The notes beneath the pieces are model-generated. The model saw only the letters and a program-made list of their open reading frames with translations, was not told the DNA's origin and made no database searches. A stretch of 64,000 nucleotides of DNA from Eledone cirrhosa (taxonomy: Eukaryota), in assembly GCA_964016885.1 (NCBI GenBank), contig OZ024764.1, positions 24,304,001-24,368,000 on the forward strand, read 5' to 3'. The first letter of the stretch is position 1; every line of letters begins with the position of its first letter. Positions 1 through 13,122 of the stretch are shown in pieces. A program made the position numbers and the translations under genes.

Positions 1-480
1 AAGCCTTTACCATGAAAATACAATAGTATATATAGAGTAATGTAAATGTTATGTGAGATATTATGTGAGGTAAAGCCTTTACTGTGAAAATACAATAGTA
101 TATATAGAGTAATGTAAATGTTATGTGAGATATTATGTGAGGTAAAGCCTTTACTGTGAAAATACAATAGTATATATAGAGTAATGTAAATGTTATGTGA
201 GATATTATGTGAGGTAAAGCCTTTACTGTGAAAATACAATAGTATATATAGAGTAATGTAACTGTTATGTGAGATATTATGTGAGGTAAAGCCTTTACTG
301 TGAAAATACAATAGTATATATAGAGTAATGTAAATGTTATGTGAGATATTATGTGAGGTAAAGCCTTTACTGTGAAAATACAATAGTATATATAGAATAA
401 TGTAAATATTGTGTGAGATATTATGTGAGGTAAAGCCTTTACTGTGACAATACAATAGTATATATAGAGTAATGTAAATA
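1..480. repeat. 72-bp minisatellite, about 6.7 copies, running off the window start
   Basis: The unit aagcctttactgtgaaaatacaatagtatatatagagtaatgtaaatgttatgtgagatattatgtgaggta recurs at 1, 73, 145 ... 361, 433. It is followed by aaagggttaa (reverse complement TTAACCCTTT, a piggyBac-like terminus). Confidence 0.95.
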
Positions 481-629
481 TTAAAGGGTTAATGGCTGTA
501 GATTTGTTTTTATTTGAAATACCCAAACAATATGTCAAGACTGGACACATCGTTGTATACTACTAACATATACTGTTAGCCAGCTTATCTATTTTGAACC
601 CTTTTATTATGGTATTTATAGTGAAAAGT

Positions 630-830
630 GAAGGCACATGTGTGGCTTAGTGGTTAGGGCATTCAGCTCTTGATTGTAGGGTTATGAGTTCAATTCCTGT
701 TGAATCTTTCAGTAAGACACTTTATTTCATATTCCAGCTGAGTTCTAAAAGGAAAAAGCCAGCCTTGTCACATTCTATGTCATGCTGAATCTCCCTGAGA
801 ACTATGTTATGGGTATGTAGAGCATTGCCG
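630..830 (+). mobile_element. Degenerate tRNA-derived SINE
   Basis: A-box tggcttagtgg, B-box gagttcaattcc, then aagacactttatttca shared with the intact copies at 28681 and 32641. Confidence 0.75.
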
Positions 831-994
831 TGAACTCGTAAAAGATTTACTGTTAATGGAAGGGACTTTGCTACAGAACAGTTATTGAACTGGTTAGGAG
901 TGAAGGCACTTCCAGTGGGATGGGTACCTTTGGAGGCTAAACTCCACCAGTTACAGACTGCGCATCAACATGTGATATCTTTCTCCACAAAGTT

Positions 995-1795
995 TGATCA
1001 CCAACAGCAGAGTTTAAAGAGCAAAGATCAAGTCCAGTCCATAAGTTGACATTATCAAGCCATCATTTTGACTGCTGGCTTCTGCTTCTCTTACCAGCCA
1101 CCCTTCCTTCCAGGAATATATAATACCTTTCATTCACCAACAGCAGAGTTTAAAGAGCAAAGATCAAGTCCCGTCCATAAGTTGACATTATCAAGCCATA
1201 GTTTTGACTGCCAGCCTCTACTTCTCTTACCAGCCAACCTTCCTTCTAGGAATATATAATACCTTTCGATCACCAACAGCAGAGTTTAAAGATCAAAGAT
1301 CAAGTCCAGTCCATAAGTTGACATTATCAAGCCATAGTTTTGACTGCCAGCATCTGCTTCTCTTACCAGCCAACCTTCCTTCCAGGAATATATAATACCT
1401 TTTGATCACCAGCAGCAGAGTTTAAAGATCAAAAATCAAGTCCCGTCCATAAGTTGACATTATCAAGCCATAGTTTTGACTGCCAGCCTCTACTTCTCTT
1501 ACCAGCCAACCTTCCTTCTAGGAATATATAATACCTTTCGATCACCAACAGCAGAGTTTAAAGATCAAAGATCAAGTCCAGTCCATAAGTTGACATTATC
1601 AAGCCATAGTTTTGACTGCCAGCATCTGCTTCTCTTACCAGCCAACCTTCCTTCCAGGAATATATAATACCTTTTGATCACCAGCAGCAGAGTTTAAAGA
1701 TCAAAAATCAAGTCCAGTCCATAGCTTGACATTATCAAGCCAGAGTTTTGACTGCCAGCCTCTGCTTCTCTTACCAGCCAACCTTCCTTCCAGAC
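995..1795. repeat. 136-bp tandem array (about 5.5 copies) built from the 3' end of the adjacent LINE fragment
   Basis: Period 136 (ORFs at 1068 and 1204); the 1204 and 1476 ORFs are identical, giving a 272-bp dimer period. The last unit runs directly into the LINE ORF at 1701-2051. Confidence 0.9.
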
Positions 1796-2230
1796 ATAAC
1801 CTACTCACACCACGAGTTGATCTTTTTATATGGCCGTATAGTTTAAGTACTCTTGACTTGACAATTGATGTAATTGGTCTAAGTCTGGTAATGTTGAGCA
1901 GCTCACTGATACAGATACGGTCACTGAGCCACTTGCCAGTCATAAGTCTCATGATGTGGTTCTGGAATGTAGAGAGCTTCTGAAGTGACCTTGTCCTCGT
2001 CCAATTAACAGTCAAGACCATATAACACAACTGGTAGGATGTAAGTATCAAAGATCTTAGCCTTCAAATGATAGGAAACCCCTTTTATGATGTTAGTACT
2101 TCCTTGTTCTTATTGAAAGCTGCCCAACCCAGAGCGGTGTGGTAGTGGACAGCAACTAGTCCATTGTGAGATAACAAGACCTCAACTTTCAGGATAGATT
2201 GCTCTTTCTTACTTCCATGCAGTGTCATGC
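1701..2230 (-). mobile_element. Decayed LINE (RTE-like) RT C-terminal fragment
   Basis: Translation FQNHIMRLMTG..LKLYGHIKR..LEGRLAGKRSRGWQSKLWLDNVK is typical of a LINE ORF2 C-terminus. Confidence 0.8.
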
Positions 2231-2786
2231 AGTGAACAACAGTGACACACATCTGTGGAATGCTCAGCCACTTGCATGTTAATTCTACAGGCAGTTCCGT
2301 TCATCGAATCAACTATAATATAATAGCCATGTGTGTTTGTCTGTAACGCAGTAGAGATGACTGACTCAACATATGTGTAGATGTGTAGATGTGTGTGTGT
2401 TTAATTCTCTGTGTATTTGATTAAATATTTACGTGAAAATGTGTGTGTATGTAACTTACTAAGGCCTGTAACTTACTAAGGTTTGTAACGAACTCGCAAA
2501 CACACACACAGACACATACACACATACACATACACACTCATATACAAAATGTGACATCGTCATGTTATAAAAAGTCCGTTTATTTATAGTCTATAGTAGA
2601 TTATTTTAGATAAAATGTTATATTGTTTTAATCCAAATGAAAATAAGAATTACATGTTGTTAATCCCGGAGTCTAATGCCTGTCTAATACCTGGTAAAAT
2701 TCGATTTGATTTGGCCGAGCCATTTGAGAATCTAAAAGGAAACAGACAGAGACAAAGAATTTTATATAGAGAGAGATTTGACTTAC

Positions 2787-2937
2787 CTGACATAAACTGT
2801 GAATGCTGGGTACTTATGTACCTTCACCCTAACATCTTTAGGCTTCGGGTAGACACCTCTTCCCAGATAAAACCACATAATATGATTATTTTGCAATGTT
2901 TTCATAACAACTGGGACAGTCATGTTAAATTTTTTAT
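2787..2937 (-). CDS. HEBP2: SOUL/heme-binding protein 2-like, internal coding exon (151 nt)
   Basis: ttttgcag acceptor and gtaagt donor. Translation (D)[49 protein letters not shown](R) carries the SOUL motifs MTxPV, MxFY, PxPxD and VYVR. Phase 1 matches the upstream exon. Confidence 0.9.
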
Positions 2938-2950
2938 CTGCAAAATAAAA

Positions 2951-3085
2951 TGTATGTATGTATATATGTATATATGTGTATATATGTGTATATATATATA
3001 TGTATATATGTGTATATATGTGTATATATGTGTATGTGTATATATGTATATATATGTATATATGTGTATATATGTGTATATGTAT
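2951..3085. repeat. (TA/TG) compound microsatellite
   Basis: Visible directly. Confidence 0.95.
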
Positions 3086-3086
3086 A

Positions 3087-3425
3087 TCATTTCATTCATT
3101 TCATTTTTACGTCCGCTTTTTCCCTGCTTGCAAGGGTGGGACGGGAACTGATTCTGGCTTGATTTCTACAGCTGGATGCCCTTCCTAACACCAACCTCAT
3201 TTACAGTGAGTGCTGGGTGCTTTGTTGCCATGGCACCTCCACGACCACTTTGCAGTGGAATGATAGGGACCCCAGTCCCTATCATCTCATTTCTACAGCT
3301 GAGTAAACTGGAGCAATGTGAAATAAAGTGTCTTGCTCAAGGAAACAACACATCACCCGGTCTGAGAATTGAACTCACAACCTTTCGATTGCAAGGCTAA
3401 TGATCTAACCACTAAGCCATGTACC
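3087..3425 (-). mobile_element. tRNA-derived SINE (family 1) with RTE-LINE-type 3' tail
   Basis: On the minus strand: tggcttagtgg A-box, gtgagttcaattc B-box, ccttgagcaagacacttt core, gttaggaagggcatccagctgtagaaa module, tail cccacccttgcaagcagggaaaagcggacgtaaaa followed by (atga)n. Confidence 0.9.
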
Positions 3426-3431
3426 GCCATA

Positions 3432-4242
3432 ATATGTGTATATATATATGTATATATGTGTATATATGTGTATATGTATATATGTGTATATGTATATATG
3501 TGTATATATGTATATATGTGTATATATGTGTATATGTGTATATATGTATATATATGTATAGATGTGTATATGTATATATGTGTATATATGTGTATATGTG
3601 TATCTATGTATATATGTGTATATATGTGTATGTGTATATATGTGTATATGTATATATGTGTATATATGAGTATATGTGTATATATGTGTATATGTGTATA
3701 TATGTATATATGTATATATATGAGTATATGTGTATATATGTGTATATGTGTATATATGTGTATATGTGTATATATGTGTATATATGTGTATATATGTGTA
3801 TATGTATATATGTGTATATATGTATATATGTGTATATATGTGTATATGTGTATATATGAGTATATGTGTATATATGTGTATATGTGTATATATGTATATA
3901 TGTATATATATGAGTATATGTGTATATATGTGTATATGTGTATATATGTATATATGTATATATATGTGTATATGTGTATATATGTGTATATATGTATATA
4001 TGTGTATATGTGTATATATGTGTATATATGTATATATATGTATATATGTGTATATATGTATATATGTGTATATATGTGTATATGTGTATATATGTGTATA
4101 TATGTATATATGTGTATATATGTGTATATACGTATATATGTGTATATATGTGTATATGTATATATGTGTATATATGTATATATGTGTATATATGTGTATA
4201 TGTATATATGTATATATGTGTATATATGTGTATATATGTGTC
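3432..4242. repeat. (TATG/TA) compound microsatellite
   Basis: Visible directly; source of the YICV/IHIY artefact ORFs. Confidence 0.95.
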
Positions 4243-4436
4243 ATATCCATCATCTTTGTTTAACGTCCATTTTCATATGTGTATGTATATTTATATCTGT
4301 GTGTATACAATATAAAGAGTCAAGTTGTCACCTGCTGACCTCTTGCTGTTTCAACAGTTTGAGTACTCTGTTGAGTATGTTGAGCAATGGCCTAACTAGT
4401 TTCAAACTGAATCCCTCCTGATATATTTATATATAT

Positions 4437-5420
4437 GTATATTTATTAAAATAACAGATTAAAGTTTAAGCAAAGAATCGCTGCTTTCACCCTTAACGGG
4501 ATCTTCTGAAACTAACAAAGTCAATCTGTGAACGTAGAAGTGAATATTTCAAAAAACGTTGCAACCGGAGGAAGACAGGAAGACGATACTTTGGTTCGTG
4601 GAAACGTTCCCTGGCAAAGAACGGGAAAAAATGAATATAATACGTCATTAAATGGAGCGGTGGAAAACAATTACACGCAAAGGCATGACCACGTTTATGG
4701 TATAAAAGAAGTCGTAGACTAATGTTCTCTTACGTGGTTCATAGAGGCGTTCTCTGGCAACGAACGGAAAAAAACGAAGATAATACGTCATATGTGGAGC
4801 GTGGAGAACAATTGTAGGCAAAGACAAAACCACGTAAATGGTATAACTGAAGTCGTAGACTAAAATTCTAACTATTTATTTATTTGAATGCACGCACACA
4901 CACACACACATATTTATATGTGCGTGGTTTTGTATACCTATGGCGAGTGTTTTCGCGTATGCTTGTGTATGTACGTATTTGGACGTGTGTATGTATTTAT
5001 TTCATTTCAATTACCTCTGTATTGTATTTTATTTACTTTATTCTTAACTCTGAAGCGGAGAATCATTCGGTTTCCAAGTTAGAATTTTAGTCTACGACTT
5101 CTTTAATACCATTTACGTGGTTTTGTCTTTGCGTGCAATTGTTCTCCACGCTCCACATATGACATATTATATTCATTTTTTCCCGTTCTTTGCCTGGGAA
5201 CGTTTCCACGAACCAAAGTATCGTCTTCCTGTCTTCCTCCGGTTGCAACGTTTTTTGAAATATTCACTTCTGCGTTCACAGATTGACTTTGTTAGTTTCA
5301 GAAGATCCCGTTAAGGGTGAAAGCAACGATTTTTTGCTTAAACTTTAATCTGTTATTTTAATAAATATTTGCTCTACGGTTCTTATATATTTATCCTTAT
5401 CGATCCCTCTTTAGATTTTA
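4437..5420. mobile_element. Inverted-repeat element pair carrying variant hammerhead-like motifs (Penelope pLTR-like)
   Basis: 4437-4873 and 5080-5368 are reverse complements. The left arm has an internal tandem duplication (about 4593-4722 and 4737-4863). Hammerhead-like folds lie at 4463-4513 (-) and 5294-5344 (+). Confidence 0.65.
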
Positions 5421-5465
5421 GTCTTCAAATTTATTATTATTACTATTATATATACGTATATATAG

Positions 5466-5532
<67 letters not shown>

Positions 5533-5574
5533 TGAGAGGTATAGAGATTGTTTTAGCAAGAAGCTAACGGCATT

Positions 5575-6461
5575 CTAGTGCGGACAATATCTGTTCGCAA
5601 GATTACTGTCTAGGAAAAAATAAGACAGTAGTTTTATTTTTTAAGATGTATTTATCAAACTTGGGTCAGTTTGTCTTCATGACTTGTTCTTTCGATCTCA
5701 CTCGATAAACCCGCCATTGGCTTTGATGACGGCCTCAAGGCGGCCTCGGAACCGGTTACAGGCCTTCATCACTGTCCCCCGACTTAGGCCCCTAAAGGCA
5801 CTTGTGATCCTGGCCTTCAGATCGTCTTTCGTATTGCAGCTACATCTGTTGGTGTCTCGTTCCACTGCGCCCCACACAAAGAAGTCGAGGGGGTTGCAGT
5901 CAGGCGAGCTGGGAGGCCAGATGTCAGGTGAAGTGTGGTCGACGAAGTTCTCTGACAGCCAGGCTTGGGTCTTTTGGCTGGTATGGCAGGGCGCTGAGTC
6001 TTGCTGCCACACATACGGTCTACCTGCAGCTACCTGGTCGATTCCAGGGCTTTACTACCTCACTCAGAACGCGGATGTAGCCATCGGTGTTCAGCTTGAG
6101 GCCCTCAGGGAAGAAGTGAGGTGGCATGACGTCACCTTGACTGCTGACGACACCTAAGACCAATGTTATCGCTGGAAACTTCGTCTGCATGACTCTGGGC
6201 ACGTCTTTGGATGAGACAGCGAGCCACCTGTTGTTCTGGGAGTTGATCTTCTGGTCCTTATTTCTCCTTCCGGCGCGGATTCCAAGAAGAACTCTGTGTC
6301 TCTTCCACAAATTTGAAGGTTCAAAATTATTTATAATCAATTATTCTGAAAATAAATAATGGAAATATAGTCACTGTTTTTATGAAGACAAGAGTGACAA
6401 CGGAAGTAAAAAAAATGTGCATAAAATTAGCAGTTGAAAATTGCGAACAAATATCGTCTGC

Positions 6462-6466
<5 letters not shown>
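5575..6466 (-). mobile_element. Internally deleted Tc1/mariner-superfamily maT (DD37D) transposon
   Basis: WQQDSAPCH...WPPSSPDCNPLD has 37 residues between the catalytic Asp residues. TIR cagggtgcagacgatatttgttcgcaa at the 6466 end, degenerate partner near 5577-5606, inserted in (TA)n. Confidence 0.9.
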
Positions 6467-6545
<79 letters not shown>

Positions 6546-6669
6546 CATACATATATGATGGCTGCCCCCTCGTTAACGAGTATGGCCATTGTACAATATA
6601 CCATTATTAATAATTATTAATTAATTCTATCGTGCAATGCCTGTGTCTGAAGATATGTTTTAAAGTGAG

Positions 6670-7070
6670 GAAAGAGTGTGCACTGAGCCAATCCCACTCT
6701 CTGAGAGACAGTAGCTATAACCTGTAAAGAAGGAAAGATCAACATCATCGGTAACTACTGAGTCGCAGGTTTTATATCGGAGTTATCCCAGTTTCCTGAG
6801 TTGCCTTCTCCTAGAAGAAGACCCTGACAAAGGCTAGGGGTCCTTCACTCCCAGTAGTTTAACTGTGCAGTACATGTGTATATACATATTTACACACTTT
6901 TGGATGGCCGTTGACTCATATGAGTCCTTCCGCCCTTTGTGAGGTTTTGTTTTTTGTCCTCCAGGGTGTCCAAAATCACCCTCCTCACCAAGGAAACTTG
7001 GTGGGGTTGCCGGTTTAGTCACCGACGACCCTACCATGCGACAGGTTGTACTGGGTTACATGTTACCAGT
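6670..7070 (-). mobile_element. Interspersed repeat, probable LINE 5' region
   Basis: A homologous copy is at about 28128-28500 (caatcccactctctgag, ccttctcctaga, cagggtgtccaaa, ggggttgccggtttagtc, acaggttgtactgggttacatgttacc). Confidence 0.6.
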
Positions 7071-7101
7071 TATATACATATATATATACATATATATATA
7101 C

Positions 7102-7134
<33 letters not shown>

Positions 7135-7140
7135 CGTACG

Positions 7141-7182
<42 letters not shown>

Positions 7183-7716
7183 AGAATTAATATATCTACC
7201 GACATATGTATACAGATGCATACCTATGCTAGCAAATATATATGTTTTGTCTTAGTAACTTTGTGGTTACTGAATTATTTTTATATAAGTTCCCAGTCTC
7301 CCCGCATTGCCTGGAAACTTAGCTGAGAATAGACTCCCTGATGACGTAAGGCTTCTCTATAGTTATTACGTAACTATATTTATCCCCTTACAGAAACTAA
7401 TTAGTTGGAGTGAAATTTTAGTAAGTAAGTCAATTTTCATAACTTTCTTATTTACATCTTTCATATATATGATTTTACATTCATTTAAATTATTAATTTA
7501 TTGATATTTTTTATCTGAGTGTCCCGAATCTTCCGTTATCGTATTTTTTCGATCGTGCGGTTGATTATAGACTTGTTCTATGTGTGACGGTATTTTAACG
7601 ATAGTTATAGCTCTGATTTATCTAAATCAGCGAGCACTCTGCCGCTCATATCGAATTTTGTTTATCGTGAACTCGTGCGCCGATTTTTCGATACTCGATC
7701 ATTCTAATATATATAT

Positions 7717-8200
7717 ATCATCATCATCATCATCATCAACGTTTAACGTCCGTGTTCCACGCTTGCATGGGTTTGGACGGGAGTAGTCCCACTTGAGGCA
7801 AGAGTGATTGTCTTGCTCGCATAGGACTGTCTGGCAGGTTTTCTACAGTTGGATGCCCTTCCTAACACCAACCACATTTACAGTGTGGATCTGGGAGGTT
7901 TTTACCGTGTTGCCTACACGGCCACATTACAGCGTGGACTGTCTGGCAGGTTTTCTACAGTTGGATGCCCTTCCTAACACCAACCACATTTACAGTGTGG
8001 GGCTGGGAGGTTTTTACCGTGTTGCCTACACGGCCACATTACAGCGTGGACTGTGTGTTTTTTTGTCGTGACACCTACACGATCTCATTTGTTTTGTTTC
8101 GGCCTCGATGGCGCGGCACCAACATAACTTTACATAGAACGGGGTGGTGTGGATGGGGTGGGGGTGGTGGTGGTGGGACGGGGTGTATTTTGTTAGAGAT
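7717..8200 (-). mobile_element. 5'-truncated RTE-LINE 3'UTR / SINE-like element (tail type B) with duplicated core module
   Basis: Tail cccgtccaaacccatgcaagcgtggaacacggacgttaaac followed by (gat)n; core ggatgcccttcctaacaccaacc present twice. Homologous to the 3'UTR of the LINE at 40415-41510. Confidence 0.85.
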
Positions 8201-8302
8201 GCTATATATATATATATATATATATGACAGCGATAAATTTGTTTTGCGAGGTTTTTGATATTACAACAATATGACCCTCTCCAAGTATAACAATATATAT
8301 AT

Positions 8303-8765
8303 ACAGGGTGCAGACGATATTTGTTTGCAATTTTCAACTGCTAATTTTATGCAAATTTTTTTTACTTCCGTTGTCACTCTTGTCTTCATAAAAACAGTGA
8401 CTATATTTCCATTATTTATTTTCCGAATAATTGATTATGAATAATTTTGAACCTCCAAATTTGTGGAAGAGACACGGAGTTCTTCTTGGAATCTGTGCCG
8501 GGAGGACAAATAAGACCAGAAGATCAACTCCCAGAACAACAGATGGCTCGCTGTCTCATCCAAAGACATGCCCAGAGTCATGCAGACAACATTGGTCTTA
8601 GATGTCGTCAGCAGTCAAGGTGACATCATGCCACCTCACTTCTTCCCTGAGGGCCTCAAGCTGAACACCAATGGCTACATCTGCGTTCTGAGCGAGGTAG
8701 TAAAGCCCTGGATCGACATGGTAGCTGCAGGTAGGTCGTACGTGTGGCAGCAAGACTCAGCTGGG
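8303..8765 (+). mobile_element. Second maT transposon copy, 3'-truncated
   Basis: TA followed by cagggtgcagacgatatttg TIR; reverse complement of about 6000-6466 with the same internal deletion; encodes MPPHFFPEGLKLN..YVWQQDSA. Confidence 0.9.
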
Positions 8766-8786
8766 GGAAGGGGTTAGGGGGCGCTG

Positions 8787-8970
8787 GGTTTTTCTATTTT
8801 TAGGATCTCAATTACAGGTTAATGTCTCAATTACTGGACATGCCTGCACACCTGCTCACAGCTGCGATCAGACTATAGTTATGCTGTCTGCAGCTGTGAG
8901 CAGGTGTGCAGGCATGTCCGGTAATTGAGACATTAACCTGTAATTGAGATCCTAAAAATGGAAAAAACCC
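8787..8970. mobile_element. Palindromic MITE-like element
   Basis: About 70-bp near-perfect arms (ttttaggatctcaattacaggttaatgtctcaattac.ggacatgcctgcacacctgctcacagctgc) around a spacer of about 23 bp. Confidence 0.75.
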
Positions 8971-9174
8971 ACAGTCAACTGGGTCAAAGATACTTTGGGC
9001 GCAGCCAGTTAGAATCTTATCTTTCCTTCACCGATAACAATGTATTTCATGTCATGTCTGAAATTATTGACTCAACCGTAACGAGTTAACACTATATAGA
9101 TCTATTTTATTCCCTATTGTATAAATAATATTACAAATAAAAAAAAGAAAAGAAAAAAACAGAAGCGAGTAGAA

Positions 9175-10694
9175 CACACATCTAGGACTACATACAACAC
9201 ATAATCAGATAATACACACATCTAGGACCACATACAACACATAATCAGATAATACACACATCTAGGACCACATACAACACATAATCAGATAATACATACA
9301 TCTAGGACCACATACAACACATAATCAGATAATACACACATCTAGGACCACATACAACACATAATCAGATAATACATACATCTAGGACCACATACAACAT
9401 ATAATCAGATAATACACACATCTAGAACCACATACAACACATAATCAGATAATACACACATCTAGGACCACATACAACACATAATCAGATAATACACACA
9501 TCTAGGCCCACATACAACACATAATCAGATAATACACACATCTAGGACCACATACAACATATAATCAGATAATACACACATCTAGGACCACATACAACAC
9601 ATAATCAGATAATACACACATCTAGGACCACATACAACATATAATCAGATAATACACACATCTCGGACCACATACAACACATAACCAGATAATACACACA
9701 TCTAGGACCACATACAACACATAATCAGATAATACACGCATCTAGGACCACATACAAAACATAATCAGATAATACACACATCTAGGACCACATACAACAT
9801 ATAATCAGATAATACACACATCTAGGACCACATACAACACATAATCAGGTAATACACACAACTAGGACCACATACAACACATAATCAGATAATACACACA
9901 TCTAGGACTACATACAACATATAATCAGATAATACACACATCTAGGACCACATACAAAACATAATCAGATAATACACACATCTAGGACCACATACAACAC
10001 ATAATCAGATAATACACACATCTAGGACTACATACAACATATAATCAGATAATACACACATCTAGGACCACATACAAAACATAATCAGATAATACACACA
10101 TCTAGGACCACATACAAAACATAATCAGATAATACACACATCTAGGACTACATACAACACATAATCAGGTAATACACACATCTAGGACCACATACAACAC
10201 ATAATCAGGTAATACACACATCTAGGACCACATAGAACACATAATCAGATAATACACACAACTAGGACCACATACAACACATAACCAGATAATACACACA
10301 TCTAGGACCACATAGAACATATAATCAGATAATACACACATCTAGGACCACATACAACACATAATCAGATAATACACACAACTAGGACCACATACAACAC
10401 ATAATCAGGTAATACACACAACTAGGACCACATACAACACATAATCAGAGAATACACACATCTAGGACCACATACAACACATAATCAGATAATACACACA
10501 TCTAGGACCACATCCAACACATAATCAGATAATACACACAACTAGGACCACATACAACACACAAGCAGATAATACACACATCTAGGACCACATCCAACAC
10601 ACAAGCAGATAATACACACAACTAGGACCACATACAACACATAATCAGAGAATACACACATCTAGGACCACATAATCAGATAATACACACATCT
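9175..10694. repeat. 40-bp minisatellite, about 38 copies
   Basis: Unit catctaggaccacatacaacacataatcagataatacaca. Confidence 0.97.
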
Positions 10695-11009
10695 TTGGAA
10701 TATTGTTAATCAATTTTTTAGTAATCTACTGATATAAAAATCAGTAGTATATAGAAAAATGAAAAAATGGGGTGGTGGGGGCGGGGGGCGTTTCGTGATA
10801 TCGAGGGACAAAAGGGGGCGTCTGACCTAAATGGTTTGAGAACCTGTGTGCTAGACTATCCCATGTTAGCCATACCAGAGACTCTAGATCTGACTTGTTC
10901 TGCTAGACTATCCTATGTTAGCCATATTAGGGACACACGATCTGACCTGTTCCTCTGCCCTCGTTTAGGGCAGGTAGAACTTATAATCTGAACACAACTT
11001 GATACATAC

Positions 11010-11136
11010 CTTCAGCATTATTGCCATTTATGTATCCGAAAAGTCGTTTGAAGAGGTAATAGTTAGGAAAAAAGTAATTAGTGGTGCTGGTTTTTATCCA
11101 TGACCCACCATCTATATATGTCCTCTTCTCATAATC
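11010..11136 (-). CDS. HEBP2: SOUL/HEBP2-like coding exon (127 nt)
   Basis: ttttgcccattaaag acceptor and G|gtatgt donor. DYEKRTYIDGGSWIKTSTTNYFFPNYYLFKRLFGYINGNNAE contains the SOUL signatures YExRxY and FxRLFxYIxGxN. Confidence 0.92.
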
Positions 11137-11707
11137 CTTTAATGGGCAAAAAGCAAAAGAAAGCAAAAAGTAAGAACATGACATTAATGGTGAATAAGTT
11201 TTTGGTACTGAAACTTCCCTGTATTCTACAATACTCCATCCATCCATATCTAGCTTTGGTGTTTAGGATGCTGCAGTGTCCCGGACTCCGAGGTAGGCAA
11301 CAGCAGGCAATGTTTCACAGCCGCTCTCCCTGAATTACTGTCCCTAGTATCGACATTGGCCAAGTTCCATTTATACAAATACTAAACTATTTCTAGAAGA
11401 GCCATTCCATCTCACGAGGCTCACACCTGCAGCTGGCCAGCTCAGCAGCCATGGTGGTGAGTAGGGAGGTAGCCCTAGGGCCGAGGACCCCAGAAGTCTC
11501 CACTGCCAAGGGTACAACGTCCTCCAGGGAAACGCCTGCCCCATTCTGTCCACCGGGGCTGTGGGGAGGCCACCAACATGATTGACTGACTTGTCATCTC
11601 ATCAGTCAGATGTTCTAATGATTCTATATATATGTTCATATATATATATTGAAACTTCAATACCCACAATAAAAGATATTGATATTCATTTATTAATTAA
11701 TTTGAGG

Positions 11708-12193
11708 ATACCAACTACAGTGTAATATCAAACATACCAGTAATACCAACTACAGTGTAATATCAAACATACCAGTAATACCAACTACAGTGTAATATCA
11801 AACATACCAGTAATACCAACTACTGTGTAATATCAAACATACCAGTAATACCAACTACAGTGTAATATCAAACATACCAGTAATACCAACTACAGTGTAA
11901 TATCAAACATACCAGTAATACCAACTACAGTATAATATCAAACATACCAGTAATACCAACTACTGTGTAATATCAAACATACCAGTAATACCAACTACTG
12001 TGTAATATCAAACATACCAGTAATACCAACTACAGTGTAATATCAAACATACCAGTAATACCAACTACAGTGTAATATCAAACATACCAGTAATACCAAC
12101 TACTGTGTAATATCAAACATACCAGTAATACCAACTACAGTGTAATATCAAACATACCAGTAATACCAACTACTGTGTAATATCAAACATACC
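11708..12193. repeat. 35-bp minisatellite, about 14 copies
   Basis: Unit ataccaactacagtgtaatatcaaacataccagta. Confidence 0.97.
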
Positions 12194-12539
12194 ACACCGA
12201 CAGCAAGTACTCTGGTTCTTATAACATGGTACTCCTGACAAATACTAATAAGTTCAGTTTAGCCATTTATAGATTTTACACATTTCATCATCATCATCAT
12301 CATCATCATCATGGGACACCAGGTCTGTTCCAGACATTGCTGATCACAGCTTTCCAGTCCTTCCTGTTGTCAGTGTCCTGGGTGAGTGGTTTAACCCTTC
12401 AGCATTTAAACCAGCTGTATCTGGCCAGAACTCTCTCACCTTTTTCTGTTGAAACCAGGCATAACTGGGCACTCATACTGATGTTAAGGTTTTGTTCTCA
12501 AAATAAATAAAATTAAAATCTCGTAGATTTGATATTATG

Positions 12540-13122
12540 TTGGTTTGGCCCATAAAATCTGTCTAGTAGTTCTTTCTTGAAACATTCTATCATGTCTGTA
12601 GTATCAGAGCTGTGATCTCTCAATCCAGAGATTCTTTCCTGAGACATTCTAACCACATGTCTGTAGTATCAGAGCTGTGATCTCTCAATCCAGAGATTCT
12701 TTCCTGAGACATTCTAACCACATGTCTGTAGTATCAGAGCTGTGATCTCTCAATCCAGAGATTCTTTCCTGAGATATTCTAACCACATGTCTGTAGTATC
12801 AGAGCTGTGATCTCTCAATCCAGAGATTCTTTCCTGAGACATTCTAACCACATGTCTGTAGTATCAGAGCTGTGATCTCTCAATCCAGAGATTCTTTCCT
12901 GAGACACTCTAACCACATGTCTGTAGTATCAGAGCTGTGGTCTCTCAATTCAGAGATTCTTTCCTCAGACATTCAAACCACATGTCTGTAGTATCAGAGC
13001 TGTGGTCTCTCAATTCAGAGATTCTTTCCTCAGACATTCTAACCACATGTCTGTAGTATCAGAGCTGTGATCTCTCAATTCAGAGGAGCTGCTCTACCTG
13101 CAACGACACCTTGATCTCCGAA
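12540..13122 (-). repeat. 65-bp tandem array (about 7.5 copies) embedded in a LINE RT fragment
   Basis: The unit's reverse complement reads IERSQL*YYRHVVRMSQERIS. Flanks read SSEIKVSLQVEQLL and RMFQERTTRQILWAKP. Unamplified homologues are at about 60260-60366 and 53130-53260. Confidence 0.88.

Noticed and set aside
2615-3151. 178-aa plus-strand ORF
   Set aside because: Antisense to the SOUL exon and running into microsatellite and SINE.
3369-4421. YICV/IHIY-rich ORFs here and at 23-27, 33 and 58 kb
   Set aside because: Dinucleotide microsatellite translations.
7335-7390. CTGATGA with a CGTAA/TTACG stem as a hammerhead
   Set aside because: GAAA is absent; at best a decayed copy, so it was not counted.
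8975-9062. Possible extra SOUL exon after a tttcag acceptor
   Set aside because: No SOUL similarity, and the flanking exons already join in phase.
9175-12193. 35-40 bp repeats as CRISPR arrays
   Set aside because: Head-to-tail with no unique spacers, eukaryotic context and no cas genes.
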